From the human T2T-CHM13v2.0 reference genome, Homo sapiens, in assembly GCF_009914755.1 (NCBI RefSeq), contig NC_060939.1: 64,000 nt of DNA; one strand, 5' to 3'. The notes below the pieces were generated by a model. The model made no database searches, was not told where the DNA came from, and worked only from the letters and a program-made list of their open reading frames with translations. Shown one piece after another: positions 47,441-61,200 of this stretch; positions within the stretch are counted from its first letter, which is position 1, and each line of letters opens with the position of its first letter. The position numbers and the translations under genes were made by a program.

Positions 47441-50400
47441 GGGATGGAGGGGAGAGACAGCCAGCCCTGAGGAAGGCCGCTGCTGGCCAAGGAGGTGCCA
47501 GCTCAGCTGAGAGTGGGGTGCGAGGCTGAGGCTGCCACCACCTCTCGCCCAGGTAGGGTGGCTGCCTGCCTTCTTCTCCAGCTGATGGGTCCCCATGCCA
47601 TCTCAGCCCTGTTGGGTAGGCTGGGTCCCTCTCCAGAGAGATTAAGAGCAGGGGAGTTTGAACCATAACGGTGCATGTAATTATGTGCAAAAACGAAGGA
47701 GGGCTCCTTAATAATTGATGGTGGGAGAGAGTAAATATCAGCAGAGGCACCCAGCTGCATCACCCCGGCCCGTCTGGCTGGGACCCAGGGCGGCTGCTTG
47801 TCCACTAATATGCCTATAAATTATTGAAGTTATAAAGAAGAAAGCAGGTGTCATGTCGCACCCATAAACAGCTTGTTAGCTAAGACTAACGAAGGGGCGG
47901 CCGGCCTCTTGGCACTGCATGGGCTCCCCCTACACCCTCCCCAATTACAGAAGGAGACAGATGAGGAGTGGGCGTGGTAGGAGGCTGAGAGCCTGACTGG
48001 CCCCACACCCCGTCTCCCACCATCTTGACCCACTGTGGAGTCAGGTGGTGCTGGGAGAAAGAAGAGGCCCAGAGACACAGAGAGCCAGAAACGGGGCTGT
48101 GGCTGTCCCAGCACTGTGGGTTCAGATAGCAGCTGGACAAACCTGCGACAGAGGATGTCAGAGGTCCTGCCCAGCCTGATAGGCTGAGGCCAGCTGGGAT
48201 GCTGGGAAGAACTAGACACTGGGGTCAGACACTCAGGGTGCACATCCCAGGGAAGCCACCTGTTGGCGGAGTGGTCTTGGGTAAGTCACCTGCCCTCTCT
48301 GAGCCGCTTTCCATTCATGCCACCTGGGGATACTCATGCCTATCTTGGAGGGTTGTGGGAAGGGTTCTAAGAGCATATGCGTGTGACATTTCTTGTGGAC
48401 AGTAGGCCCTCATAAATGGGGCGCTCCTCCACCTCTGCCTTCCACCCCCATATCTCAGGGGCTCCTAATTAGATCAGGCCTAATGAGGCTTCCGTCTGCC
48501 TGGCTGTTTACGCTCCATTAAGACCTGAGTCCAGGACAGCAGTGGGAGGGGAGACAGCTGCGGAGGGGGAAGGTGTCCAGTTGCCAGGGCTTGGTTCATC
48601 CTAGGCTTCACCATGCATGGGGGACCCCCACCCCCAGGGAGTGGAGGAGGGAAACAGAGGCAGGCCTCTCGAGTCAGAGCTGCCAACAGGGAGAGGCCCC
48701 ATGGTGTGGGGAGAGGGAGAAAGGAGGATAGAAAGAACAGCTGGGAAGGTTGGCATTTTGGCTCCTCTATGTGAAGAGCTTGGAAGGCCACTTCCCCTCA
48801 GGCTGGGGGTCTGCAGTCTCTGAGATGTTCCCTTCCAGGCAGCCTAATTTGGACACTTAGGTGCCCATGGAGTGCTCAGCTCTGCCAAGGGCCACACGAA
48901 GGCCAGGAGGGCAGTCTGGGCCTAGGGAAGGTGCCCCTCTCCCCAACCTGGCCCTAGGAAGCCCTTCAGAGCCCCCATAGTCTGCTCCATACCACACAGG
49001 GAGCAAGGCTGGGACCGGCACTTGGGCTTGGGCAGCAGACAGGTTCATCTCCGGGTCCGGAAATCCCCCAGCAGGGCATTACTTCTGCAAGTGCTTCCCT
49101 TCTCCCAGAGGAAAAGAGGGAATCCCGAAAATTCTTATCAAATACGCTTTGAGCCTCTTCTCCCAGGGGTCCTCTCTGCACCCCTTATCTCACTTGTGCA
49201 GCCTTGGTCTATCCCGCTGAGGCCTCTTTGCAGATGCACAGAGAGGTGCCTTAGCTGCCTGAGGCCATGCAGCGAGTCAGCAAGGAAGCTTGTGGAGCCT
49301 GGGCTTGGTGCCTCTCCCCACACCACTGGACTTAGCTCTGGGAGGAGACAGAGACTCACACACAGCGCACTCTCTGACAGCCACTGTGGTGTGGTGGTGT
49401 GGCATTCCCAGGAGCTCTCTTTCTGCCCAAGAACTCCCCGTGCCCTGGACACCTGCCTGTCTGTCACCCGCTTATCAGGGTGAGGGCAGCTGGGGCTGGC
49501 ACTTACAGTATCAGTCAGGGCAGCCTGGTCAGATAGGGGATGGAGATGTCTTTCAGGTCCCCTGGATGGTGCTGGGAGCAGGACGGCTGTGTGGGCTGGA
49601 CTAGGCAGGAGAGCAGGGCTGTCCACAGGATCAGGGGAGACCCAGGGCCCTGGGGCAGGACTGGGGACAGAGGCAAACCTCAGGGTAGGGAGGTCCGCAG
49701 TGGGAAGGGCCCTCTCCCCTCCCCGTCTAGGTCAGACCTTGAGAAGGGCTGCTGGGACACCAGCAATGGTCCGGTTACAGGGAGGGGCTGAGAGGCCCAT
49801 GGGGCATCGGGGTTGGATGGCGGGAGGGAAAGCTGGGAGCCTCAGGCCTACAGAGCTTCCGCAGGGGCTCTCCTGGCTCCTTGGCCTGCCACCCCCTTCC
49901 CTGCCATTCTCGGGCATGCCATGCCTTTGGTTATGGGCAAAGTGTCTGAGAAACTCCCTCATCACAGGGGTGACATGGAGGTGGGGGTACTGCAGGTGGC
50001 CACCCCAGCACCATGGTTCAGGGCTTAACCCCCAGAGGGCAGCACCCACAGCCCTGGCCCAGGGGCAGCAAACCCAAGGGAAAGCTTCCTTCCCGAGTCT
50101 GGTGCCACCTCCAGGGAGGACACTTTTCATTCCCACCTCTTCCTGCTCCAGCATGGGAAAGGGCAGGGGGTGACAGCTGTAAACAGGGAAATGGGGGTGG
50201 GGGTGCAATGGCTCAAGGACCTCCTGAAATGTGGACTCCTCTGGGCAGAGCACTTGGCCAAGTCCCTCCCCGCTCCGCCCTCATTCCTGAATGTGGCACC
50301 TGCTCCAAAGAGTGGTGAGGACACGCTGGGAGAATCCATCAGAGCCACGGGGCAGGGCCCGGCACTCAGGAGCCCTCCAGGGGAGAGTCCTTGTGACCGT

Positions 50401-53400
50401 GAATCTAGCTGGGGCAGCGGCATCTGCTTTGCGAATGTATCTACGCTGGGGAGTTTAGGAAGGATACGTAGCTGTGTTGTGTTGTCGAACTCTGTGGTAT
50501 GTGTCATGTTGAACATGTGTGTGGTGTCTCTGTCGTGTGTGTCAGGGTAGGTGTCCCGAGCAGAACTTTTCTGCAGCTCCTTCACCAGTCCACAGGCAAA
50601 AGCCCCCATTCAGGGTTGCCCAGCTGTGCCGGAGGAGCCACAGCTGTACCCGGGCTGTGCCCTCTCTCTCTATCCCTTCTCTGCCCAGGCCATCCTGGAA
50701 GCACAACCCCCTCAACATGGCTGCCCTGAGCCTGCACGGGAGGTGGTCGAGGAGGGGTACCCTGGTTCCAGGGGTCCCCAAACAGGCTTGAGCATCTACC
50801 TGCTTCTTCTGAGCCCACCCTGTGGTATTTCCGTCACCTGGGAAATAAGGATGGCATTGGTGGAGGTGCTAGCAATACCAGGAGAGCAAGACAGAGCCCA
50901 GGATGTGGACCCAGAATATGACAGGAAATGGGCCCCAGAGCAGAGCTAAGCCCAGGGGCAGGCTGAGCCCGGGTCAGCCTCTCACTGGCCACTTCGGAAG
51001 CTGAGGGACACAGCACTGGCTGGCTCCCTCAATCCCTCCAGCAAACACAGAAGTGGCTGCTGTGCCCATTTGACAGACGAGAAAACTGGGGCTAAGAGGG
51101 GTGAGGTAAGTTGCACTGGTGGAGCCAGGACCAGCGGCCAGGCCTGGCCCTGGTGACGAGCGGTTTAGGGTTGGATAAAGGGCCACTGGGTGGGCTCTCC
51201 TCTATGGGATAAACAATGTGGCTCAGGCCAGCAGCCCGAGAGGCGGAGAGATCTAGAAGGCCCCAGACGATAGGAGGGCTCCCCACACTCTTAAATCAAA
51301 ACATGGGCGTTTACACTCAGACACAGTGTGTTCACACCACCTGCTGGGGCGTGAAAACCAGCCATAAATACCTGCATGGTGGTGGTGGCTCATCAGGAGT
51401 GGGGAGAGAGGCCTGGTGCGCTTTCAGGAAGTTCCCAGTGACTCACAGGCTGTGGACCCCTCTCTGCACTTCCAGACACCCCTCCTCCCAAACATACACA
51501 CTCAGAACGGGCGGTGCAGGGAGCAGTGCCCATCCATTCCCAACACCAGGGGCTGAGGGCACTGGGAGGAAGGAGCCCTGGCCAGCCAGCTTGTAGGGAC
51601 TCCACACATCACAGCCCAAGACGCTGGGACAGCAGGCCCCAGGGCCCACAGTGGGGTGGGTGGGATAGGGTGGAGGCATGGCCCTGAGGCCCACTCTTTA
51701 TCACTGCCTCTCTCCCAAGAGCTACCCAGACCACTCAGTAGACCAGTGCCCAGCTCTCTTTCTAGGCTTAAACTTGGCAGCAGAGTCCCATTTACTTAAC
51801 GTGCTGAAGGTAGAGCGAGGTGGACGTGCACGCCTCATGGCTAAAGATAAATGCCAGCTAATGCCTGAAGTGTGGAAAACATCGTGAACAAATTCAGGGC
51901 TACTGTGTTCATCCTCCCATCCCTAGGCCAGTGGGTCTCTGACTGGTGAACACAGGGCTGCTGCCTCCGTGGGCCTCAGTTCTGAGCCTGCCCGCACTCT
52001 GCATCCCATACACGTCTTCCCAGTCCCACCAGAGAGCTGGCTCCAGACCCGCTTTAGAAGAGCTGGTGGCCTTTCCTGAAGCCAGCCGTGTGCACTGGGA
52101 ACTGAAGTGTAAACAGGAGCAAAGCTCAAGGCCTCGCTGGTAATTCTCCCTTTGTGGTGGGCATTAGCTAGCCTCACTCACGAAGGGGACAGCCCAGGGG
52201 TGTAAGATGCCAAGTGCCCTTAGACACCTCCACTGCCTGGGGGTGCCAGGTGGCCTCGGTGTGGCTGGCAGCCCAGGGTGAGTCCTGTGATGAGCAAGTG
52301 CATGGGCAAGCAGGCCTGGCTTTCTCCATCTGCAAAGCAGGGATGGTGTCTGCCTCATTTAGAGGCTGGGGAGTGGGCGAGATAAAAGGGTGGTTGAAGG
52401 GGCTTCAGCATGAGCCTGGTGGCGTGTGATGGAACAGACACCCAGCTGCCAAGGGGCAAATACATCCATACCCCTGCCCCACCTTCTAGGCCTAGTAAAG
52501 TAGTAAAATAGTCAGTAAAGGCACCAATTGTCCCCACCTGTGTCTAGCTGCACATCAAGGAAATGTGTCTGGTCCAGGCATTGTGACCTGTAAGGGACTC
52601 CACCCCGCCCTGCCACAGAGCAGTGGGCGGGGAACCCGGACCTACATGGAGGCGCCTCCCCAGGATGGACATGGCACCCACATTGGCACCCTCTGGTCTT
52701 GTCCCCACAGGACACCCCTCTGTCATGGTGATCAAGACGGCTAGGGGGCAGGGAAGGCGAGAAGAGGGAGGAGACACTGGTGTGACTCATAGCAAAGTAA
52801 GAGCTTCTTCCCTCCTCTCTGCACCCCAAATACGGTAAGTCTGTAAGCAGGTGTGGCACACACAGGCAGGAACCTGGGGTTTCCCCCACTTCCAAGAGGG
52901 ACAGACCAGGGGCCAGCCTCTCTCCTTGGGGCAGATGTGGCAGAGCATAAAACCACCTTTTCCCCTGCCAGGGTCTGCCCCAATTATTCGCTCATCTCCA
53001 TCCCCACAACCTGGGGCTTCTCTGTCCCCAGGAGCACCCCAGGAAGGGATGGAGCTTTGATAGTCAGAAGTGACTGGACGGGATTAGCTGACAGCCAGGG
53101 AGGGTGGGCTCTTCTCAACTGTGCCCAGAAAGGAGGCCTGGGAAACATTAATAATGTCTAATATCTATCAACCCTTTCCCCTGGGACAGCAGACACCAGG
53201 GCCGGCCTAGAATCTAGGCATTTACTCATTTCATACTCTCAATGGCCCTATGAGGAAGGTTCTGTGAGTATCCCCACTTTACAGGGGAGGGAACGGGCAT
53301 GGGGAGGCTAAGGAGCTTGCCTAAGGTCATGGTGAAGTGAGCAGTGGAACTGGGACGGGCCCCCGGTATTCACTCTAGCTAACGAGTATGGAGGTGCGGG

Positions 53401-54439
53401 AGGGCTCGGGGCTGGGGAGTGTGGGGTGGGGGGCTTGGAGCTCTTTGGTCCACTTGCCTAGTTTACACGCACTCCCACTGAGGCTGGAAGGGCAGTGTCA
53501 GGAGCTTCACTGGTGGAAGTCTAGGGATGGGCAGGGTAGCTCTCGGATCAGGTCCTGGTTATGCCCCCTGGGCTGTCCTGCCCCTGACAGGAGATATTAG
53601 GAAGCTAGGGATGAAAGGGTCAGTCTGCCAGAGCACAGTCCAGGGGAGAGGTAGACCCAGCTCACAGGAAGATCTGATCCAAGGTGGGTGGTGATCAGAG
53701 CTGGAAGAGAAGGGAAAGGCAGCTGGGGGGTGGTGGGGGGACAGAATCCCAGGGGTCTCCCTGGAGGAGACAGTCTTGCAGGAGTCGTAGGATCCTGACA
53801 GGCAGAGAGGGGGTCAAACATTCTAGCAGGAAGGAATGGCAGGTGTGAGTGTAGAGGGTGGACAAAGTGGAGTCTGCACAATTACAGTGCTAAGGATCAC
53901 AGTTGCCTTTGAACCCAGGTTCCTGCAGGGTGGGCCTGCTGGCAGCTGGCAGGTCAGAGCAGGGGCTGGGTCAATGGCAGCCTTGCTGAGTGCTGTTCCA
54001 GGCAGCCCGGGAAAGGCCCTGGCAAAACGTTGCACACCTCTGTGCTCCCCCGCCCCATGCCCTTCTTGTCCCTAACTGCTTTGCCCTTCCCTCTCACCCC
54101 TCTCTCTCTTCTTTCCTTGTCTCTCTCTCATTGTTCCCTTTATTTTCTTTTTGGCCCTCAGCACTTTTCCTGGAAGGGAACAGCTGGGCTGCTGGAGTCA
54201 CAGAGGAAATATTTTTCTGGCTACGTTGCACATTCCCCTTCTCTATGAAAATTGGTGCCACCATTGCTAACTGATGGATGGACAGTGAGATATCTATTTC
54301 CTTGCCTCCTTCTTTCCTCCCTCTCTCTGGGCTTTGTCCTGAGACATCCGGAAAGGAAAGGGCAGTCAGACAGCAGCCACAGGGAGAGGGTGGTAAGTGG
54401 GGAGGACTTTGGTATCAGGTGTGGATAGCTGGGGCCCTC

Positions 54440-54850
54440 AGGATCATCATTAACCCCATTTTACAGATGAGGAGACTGAGTCCCAAGATCACCCAGATAC
54501 AATAATAATTGTAGTATTAACATACAAGTTACCATTGAAGGAGCACCGGCTGCGTTCCAGGCACTGTGCTAGACACTTCACATGCGGTGAACCTGTGAGG
54601 CAGATCCATGACTGGCAACATTGTACAGAGGGGAAAACTGAGGCTCAAAGAAGGCAAGTCACTAGCCCAGCTACTGTCACACAGCCAGGCCAGCAGAGCG
54701 GCAATGTCCACTCACACAACCATGCACATGGCCACTGTGTCAGCTGCATGCCTTCCCCACTCCCCAGCTGGCTGAAAACTGGTGGAGCTGAGATCTGAAC
54801 CCACATTTATCCATGTTCTTACTCCAAGGCTGGGCTCTACTCCCATGTTG
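54440..54850 (-). mobile_element. MIR fragments
   Basis: CCCCATTTTACAGATGAGGAGACTGAG; CCAGGCACTGTGCTAG...GTACAGAGGGGAAAACTGAGGCTC. Confidence 0.7.
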
Positions 54851-56769
54851 ACTGCTGCTGCCAAGAGAACTTTAAACAGCAGTTCTAGCCACAGCAGGAC
54901 CCAGCCTGATCCTGGCCCCAACCTGTGGCCAAATGGGACAGAGATCCAGGCCCAGCTTGTCTCAGCCTCTGGCCTGACCTCTCTGGGCCTCAGAGGCCTT
55001 GCTATGAAAGGGGGAGCTGTAGGTAGAATAAATGAAGTGGCACTGAGGCCCCCCGGGACCGTACTGACTCACACATGGTGGCCCAGGGCATACCCATTTC
55101 CCAAGGGTCACCCCTTGTGCACCCTGCTCTCCAGGGCTGGAGACCTCAGGCAGGCCCCTGATTCTCTGGGACCCCAGTCTGCTCCCTGCTGCCCTGCTAA
55201 ACAGAGTTCCCAAAGAGAGAGACAACAGGAACCCAGGCCTTGGTCTCAAACCTGCAGCCACACACCCCAGTGGCCTCCAGGAATCCTGCACACACATCCC
55301 AGAACCCCTCAGCTCTGCATGTACTATTGTGGGTTCTGGTCCGTGGAACCCAAAGTCCAAACATAGGGAAGTGCCTTTCAGACACATCCAAGAAATGACC
55401 CTTAATCCTCCAAGCTAAGAGAGATCATCTGGACTAGACGTGGTAGTGACATAGGCTAGCAGTCTGTATTGTCTGCAAACCCAGAACTGTCCTTGGCTGG
55501 CCAATGTAAATGTGTTTTAATAGCCACACACACGGTCATATAAATGGGAATGTTCTAGGTAAATGTGTGGTCTGTGTAAATGTTCATAAATTCAAAGTAA
55601 ACATGTTGGGTGGTGACGCCTGTATACAATGTAAATGTCCATTCTTTGGTAAGACAGAGGACTTTATGAAAGATACGTCTGGCTGATGGAGACGCACACA
55701 TGTGCAGTCAGTGGGAATGCCTGTTTAGTACAAATATAAGGTTGAGACAAATACCCACATGAGTCTGTAATATGGGATCAACCATCAGAGATGGAAGTCA
55801 CCACGGAGAAACAGCAAGGTCATTTCCACCAGGGACCAGAAGAGCAAAGATTCAGGGGTACCACACGGAAAGAAGAGAGTGATTTGGAGGAGGAAGGGGG
55901 TTCAGGAAGGAGCTGAGGGGTAGGGCACTCTGGCTTCTGGGTCAGGGTGGAGAGCTGGGTCAGCTGGGGCTAGGGGTACTGGGGAAGGTTTCTAGCTGGA
56001 GGATAGAAACCAAGGGAACCCAGAGGGCAGTTAGGGGCTCTGGAATCCAGTGTGGCAGGCAGGACTCTTGCTGAGGCTGGACTCCCACAGCCTGCCCCCC
56101 CGAGTGCAGCAGCCCCCAACACTGCTCATGGCTGGGCAGGTGATAGCCACCAAGGGGAGAGTGGAGATGATGAAAGGGTGGAGATCTTTTCCCCGCGACT
56201 CCTACCACCAACTCTGTCACCCCAGGGGGTTGGTTATGGCAAAACAGAACTAGAGAGCCAGCAAGACTTAGTTCCAGGTCCACCCAGCCACTGGGTAACA
56301 ATGGCCAATGCCCCCCAAATCCCAAGCCTCAGTGTTCTCCGTGGAAAATGGGAGAGGTGATAAATACCACCCACACATTCTCACATAAGCTCAGAGGTAA
56401 AATTGCTTTGCAAACTGTTAAGTGGTGAACAATGTGAGATGAAGGTGCTTTGCTGGCCCTGGGGCTTTGTTGCCAATTAACAGGCACTGGGGTGGCCGAT
56501 TTGATGTTTACGGCGTGGTGTGTAAGCCTGTGCACGGCATGTACATGCATGTATGTGTGTTTGTGTTTAAGACTCGAGGCTTTCAGAGACTATGCCATGG
56601 AGGTTTGGAGTGAGGGGGAAGAGAAGGAATAATCTTAAAAGCAAAAAAATATACATATTATGTGTCGAAAGGAGTGGGGAGGCTTAAATGGCTCCCAGGT
56701 GGGACACAGAATAAAATAGTCCCTGCTATTATTTTGTGATTGTCTCCATGCAGGGAAGACTAGCAGAGG

Positions 56770-56848
56770 GTCGCCATAGCAACCCTGGGCATCCAGCAGG
56801 GGGCAGCCTGGACCCCACAGGTTTGTCTGGGCTGAGCAGTATGAGTCA
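56770..56848 (+). promoter_or_regulatory. RFX X-box, CTCF-like motif and AP-1 site cluster
   Basis: GTCGCCATAGCAAC (56770-56783), CCAGCAGGGGGCAGC (56793-56807), TGAGTCA (56842-56848). Confidence 0.55.
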
Positions 56849-58803
56849 GCCCATCAGAACCCAGAGGCCAGGGCTGGGTTCAATCTAGGCAGGACCCTTG
56901 TCTGTCATGGACTCCCACTTCCTCCTGTTCTGCAAGCCACACCTGCAATGGGGAAGAGGGCAGACTGGAGTTGCCCAGTAGAGGGGCTAGGCCAGGGTAG
57001 GACTGCGGGCTGCATCCAAAGTTGGAGAATCTCAAGATGGGGATGGGGTGAAGGCAGGGGCTGAAGGTATGCTGGAGGCAGTGAGGAAGTCCTGCAGGGT
57101 GGTCACAGAGGGCAGAGGCTATATATGGCTAACACAGGTGATGGGATAAGGACTGAGAGGTGGGATATGGGAAAGAGAGGGTGGGAGAGTCTGGGTGCTG
57201 GAGGACAGGGCACTGTGTGGAGGCTTGGGTTTGGTGGCTCTCCCAAGCCCATCCCTGAGCCTTTGCTACTGCAGGGCAAGTAGACATTTCAGAGGCTAGG
57301 TCCAGAGTGGATCTGGCCTCACTGGTAGGCTTCAAAGGTAGGGGTCAAGCAGAAAAGGAGTGTAGAGAAGGAAAATCCTGACGGGAAAAAAAGTAGCTAT
57401 GGCAGATTCACGCATTTGGGTGCACAGGCAGAGGCCACTTTTGGTGGAAACTGCATTGGAGGGAAGAGAGAGTTCTCTGCTTGTGGAAAGGTAGCTGTGA
57501 GCTTGCTGTCTGTTTCACTGCTGTGTCCCAGAGCCTGCCATTCAAGAAATATTTTTTGAATAAATGAATGAATGACAGAAGACTGAATGAACAGTGTTCA
57601 GAAAGCTACATGGAAGCTCTAAGGAGGCGTTAACATCCTCTTTCTGAAAATTTGCAGGCTGCATTAGAACTAAGCAAGCTATTGATACCACACTGACCTA
57701 AAAATAACAAATGGCGAAGTCAGTGGCCTAGGAGGCTGGAGAATCTTAACACCAGGTGGCCCAGGGCATACCCAGAGCTTCTGGCAACCGAAATCTGGAA
57801 AAAGTGGTAACAGTTCCATCTGGTCAAATGACAAAAGCCTAAATTTGTATCAAGTAGTGGCTGATAACAGTCAATTTCTACCTAGAAGGCACTACGTTGG
57901 ATCTAGGTGTTCAGGGTTCTTTAAGTCATGCTCTGAATGAATAAGCAATGATTCCAAAGTATGTGAAGCTAGCCTCACAGATTGAAGTCCTTGAAATCAC
58001 ACTTTCCAAACAGCTTCAAATGAAGAACAAGCTCATACAAACTCAAGAGTGCTTGATCGATGAGCAACTCCAGCAAGTGAAGACATCACAGTCTGGGGCA
58101 GTGCATGGCTGACCCCTTTACCTGTTGAACTAGCTGCTTTGGCCCTTGTTTCAAGGGAAAAGGGCTCTAGAGGAATTGGGGGTTTGGTCCTCTTAAGGTC
58201 TGAGGTCTTTGGGTCTCTGGGTTTGGTCAGGCCCTTAGGGACTGTGGGCTTAGGCTGAGCAAGGGTAGCCTTGGGACATGTCTCAAACTCTGGTGAAGTC
58301 AAGAAAGGCCACAGAGTGGAAAATCCAGAATCTACATCCCATTCGTGCCAGAGCCCTGTTCCATCCACTCTCTGAGCAGATGTCTCCCTACGAAGGCCCA
58401 AGGGACTCCTGAAAAGCAGGCACGAATAGACCGCAGAGTTAAACAGTGCAAGGGCATGCTGTGGACCCACCCACTTTGGGTAAATCTTTTGACTTCTCTG
58501 TGAATCAGAAAATCAATGGGATAGACTATGCCTCACAGGGCCACCCTAGGGATCGAATAAGATGATGGATACCAAAGTGCTTCATTAACAATAAAGTGCC
58601 AAAAAGAGTTACTACTATTCTTGTTGCTATTATTGATTCATTGGGTAGAAGGGGGGTCTGTTCCCAGAGTCCCCGGGGACTTGAAAGCGTCTCTGGGGCT
58701 TCCAGGGACATCCCTTCTCTGCACTATGAAATTATGACTGACAGCTCTTCCGTCTTCCTGAGCAACTCCAACATCTCTTACCTACAGCTGCAGCTGGGGA
58801 GGG

Positions 58804-58806
<3 letters not shown>

Positions 58807-58858
<52 letters not shown>
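58807..58858. repeat. (GT)~25 microsatellite
   Basis: Directly visible. Confidence 0.97.
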
Positions 58859-58859
<1 letters not shown>

Positions 58860-60247
58860 GCCAGAATACGGAAATCACATTTCCCTGTGTCAATATATCC
58901 TCCAGGTGACGTCTGTCACTCACGCCCACTCCAGACATACCCTACCTCTCAGCTGTTGCTCCTGCTGTTCTCCACCTGGAACCTGCTCCCATCTCTGCCC
59001 AGCTAAGTGGTTCAGGGTCCAGCTTCCATTCCTCCTTCACCAGGGAGTCCTGGATTTTTCCAGCCCAGTGGTGGTCAATGGCCAGCACAGTGCGGGAGGA
59101 GGGAAGGAAACTGGGCTTAACCTACAGCCTGTCTGGTCTGTGCCATGGCTGGCAATCAGTGACCCTTCCTGGAGGGAGTGTGCCTCTGTCGCCCCACCTG
59201 GCTTTTGTGTTTCCTTCCCTGACTGTGAGCTATTGCCGGGGAGTGCATGGTTTGACCCTCAGGGCCCAGCCCAGTGGGTGTAGGGCCACACAGGGTGGAT
59301 GGATCAGGTCTCTCTCCTATTTGAGCCACCTCAGATTGGGAAGGGGGAAATGCAGATTGGCAAAGAAGCTCTCAGAATCCTGATGTCAAAGGTGGGGACA
59401 CGGACATAGGCCAACCCCTTAATTGGGGGAGACTGAGTCCCAAAGAGGAAAAGTGACTTGCCCAAGGTCACACAGCCTTGTGGTTTTGGACTCAAGGTTG
59501 ATGGTCAAGGTGGCTCTGGATTCCAGGGGTCTTGAGGCTCCATCTGCTGCTCCAGGTTTCTGTGAGCTCAAGTGACCCCAAAGTCTTTAGTCACTGTCCT
59601 TGCCTGCTGTTCTTTCCCCACCAGGCCTTGGCTACTCATCTTGAACTGACCCTAGACTCTAGGGCAGACCTGTGGCCTCCAGCCAGGGAGGTTGGTATCT
59701 TCCTGAGGAATGAGGGAAGTTGCTGAGTGACAGGGGCCTCCCCAGCCTGGTGGGCCATCCAGACTACCCCAGGCCCTCTTGGTATTGAATGGAACATTTG
59801 TTGAGTGGAATTGAATTAACTGTTCGATTGCAGGAGATGTAATTTGATCTGGATCTTATGAAGCCCTTAATAAAGTCAAGGTATTACTGGTATCTGCTGC
59901 TTTTTCATCTGTTAAACGAGGCACGGGACCAGGGGCAGGTTACCCAGCTGGGAGTGAGGGTGTCCGTCCGCTCTTCCTGCCTTAGCTGCCACCATGCCAT
60001 GTGCCCCTCGGGAAGTTGCTACTTGTCTCTACCCCAGAAGCAAAAGTCTTCCTGCTCAACTTAGGGAGTGCCTATCAACCCTAACAGTCCATCTGAAAGA
60101 GATGGCTCGGAAAGGAAGAGGGGTTGGATCTCTTTGGAGCTGGGGTGGAGGGGAAAAGAGTAACATTTATTAGGTACCTTCTGTGTGCCAAGCTCCCATT
60201 CCCTTCAGTTCACTGAATGTTGACAGCATCCCTGTGTGCTAGTTCCC

Positions 60248-60632
60248 TGTGAGAGTCATTAAGGAATGTTAACTAATATACCAATTTTCTTCCTCTTAGG
60301 CACTTGGTGTGGAACTGCAGTTCTCTGTCCCCTTTAACATTAGGTATGGCCATGTGACTTGCTTTTGGCCAATGACATGTTAGTGGAAGTTACAAGTGTC
60401 ATTTACAAGAGAAGGCTTTAAGACCCAGGGTGGCCTTGGCCTCGCCTCTTCCTGCTACCATGGTAACTGATGCACAGGTAGAGATGGTAGGCACTTCCTC
60501 AGCCTGGGGTCCTCAATGAGGAGTGGATATCCCGTGCTTGGAATGGGGGTGAGAAATTACCGTGAGTTGTTTGAAATCTCTGAGATTTTGAGGTTGTTTG
60601 TTACTGCAGCAAAACCTAGCCTAGCCTGACTG
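60248..60632 (+). mobile_element. MaLR solo LTR (old MLT1, J/I-like)
   Basis: GGCCATGTGACTTGCTTTTGGCCAATGACATG...CTGAGATTTTGAGGTTGTTTGTTACTGCAGCAAAACCTAGCC. Confidence 0.75.
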
Positions 60633-61004
60633 CTCCAGTGCCACTATTTTCTGGATGACAAAAGGGAGGCTCAGAAAGGTCCAGAAATTTGCTGGGGGGA
60701 ACCAGGGTAAGTGAGTGGCAAAGTTAAGAGTCAGTCTTAATCCATCGGATGCCAAGACCATGCTCTTCCCTAAGTAGAGGGGTCCTGGGGCTACCTCAGG
60801 CTGGCTAGGTATGGTTAGAGCCCAGCTGGTGGGGATTGGGGCTGGGGTCTCAGCACCTATTTCTCCTAATTTCCAACCCATCACTGAGCACAATGCCCCT
60901 GAAATCCTCTCTGTGGCCCACCGGAGATGCTAGATAGGGGCCTCCAGTCTGTGAGAGGTGGAGGGAGTCATGGGAGAGAGACCTGGAGAGGTCAATGGAA
61001 AGGG

Positions 61005-61200
61005 CTCGAGAGCTGGACAGCGCTGAGTTCTAACCCTGGCTCTGCTGCCACTAGCTGGGTAATCTTGGGTAAGTTACTGTCCTTTTCTGAGCCTCAGTCT
61101 TTTCATCCCGTGTTACATGGAAATAATGCTACTTCCCTGGTTATTGTAAGAACGAAATGAGACGTAAAGATCTTGGCACAGAGTAGGACTCAATACTTGG
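61005..61200 (+). mobile_element. MIR
   Basis: CCCTGGCTCTGCTGCCACTAGCTGGGTAATCTTGGGTAAGTTAC...CTGAGCCTCAGT. Confidence 0.75.
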
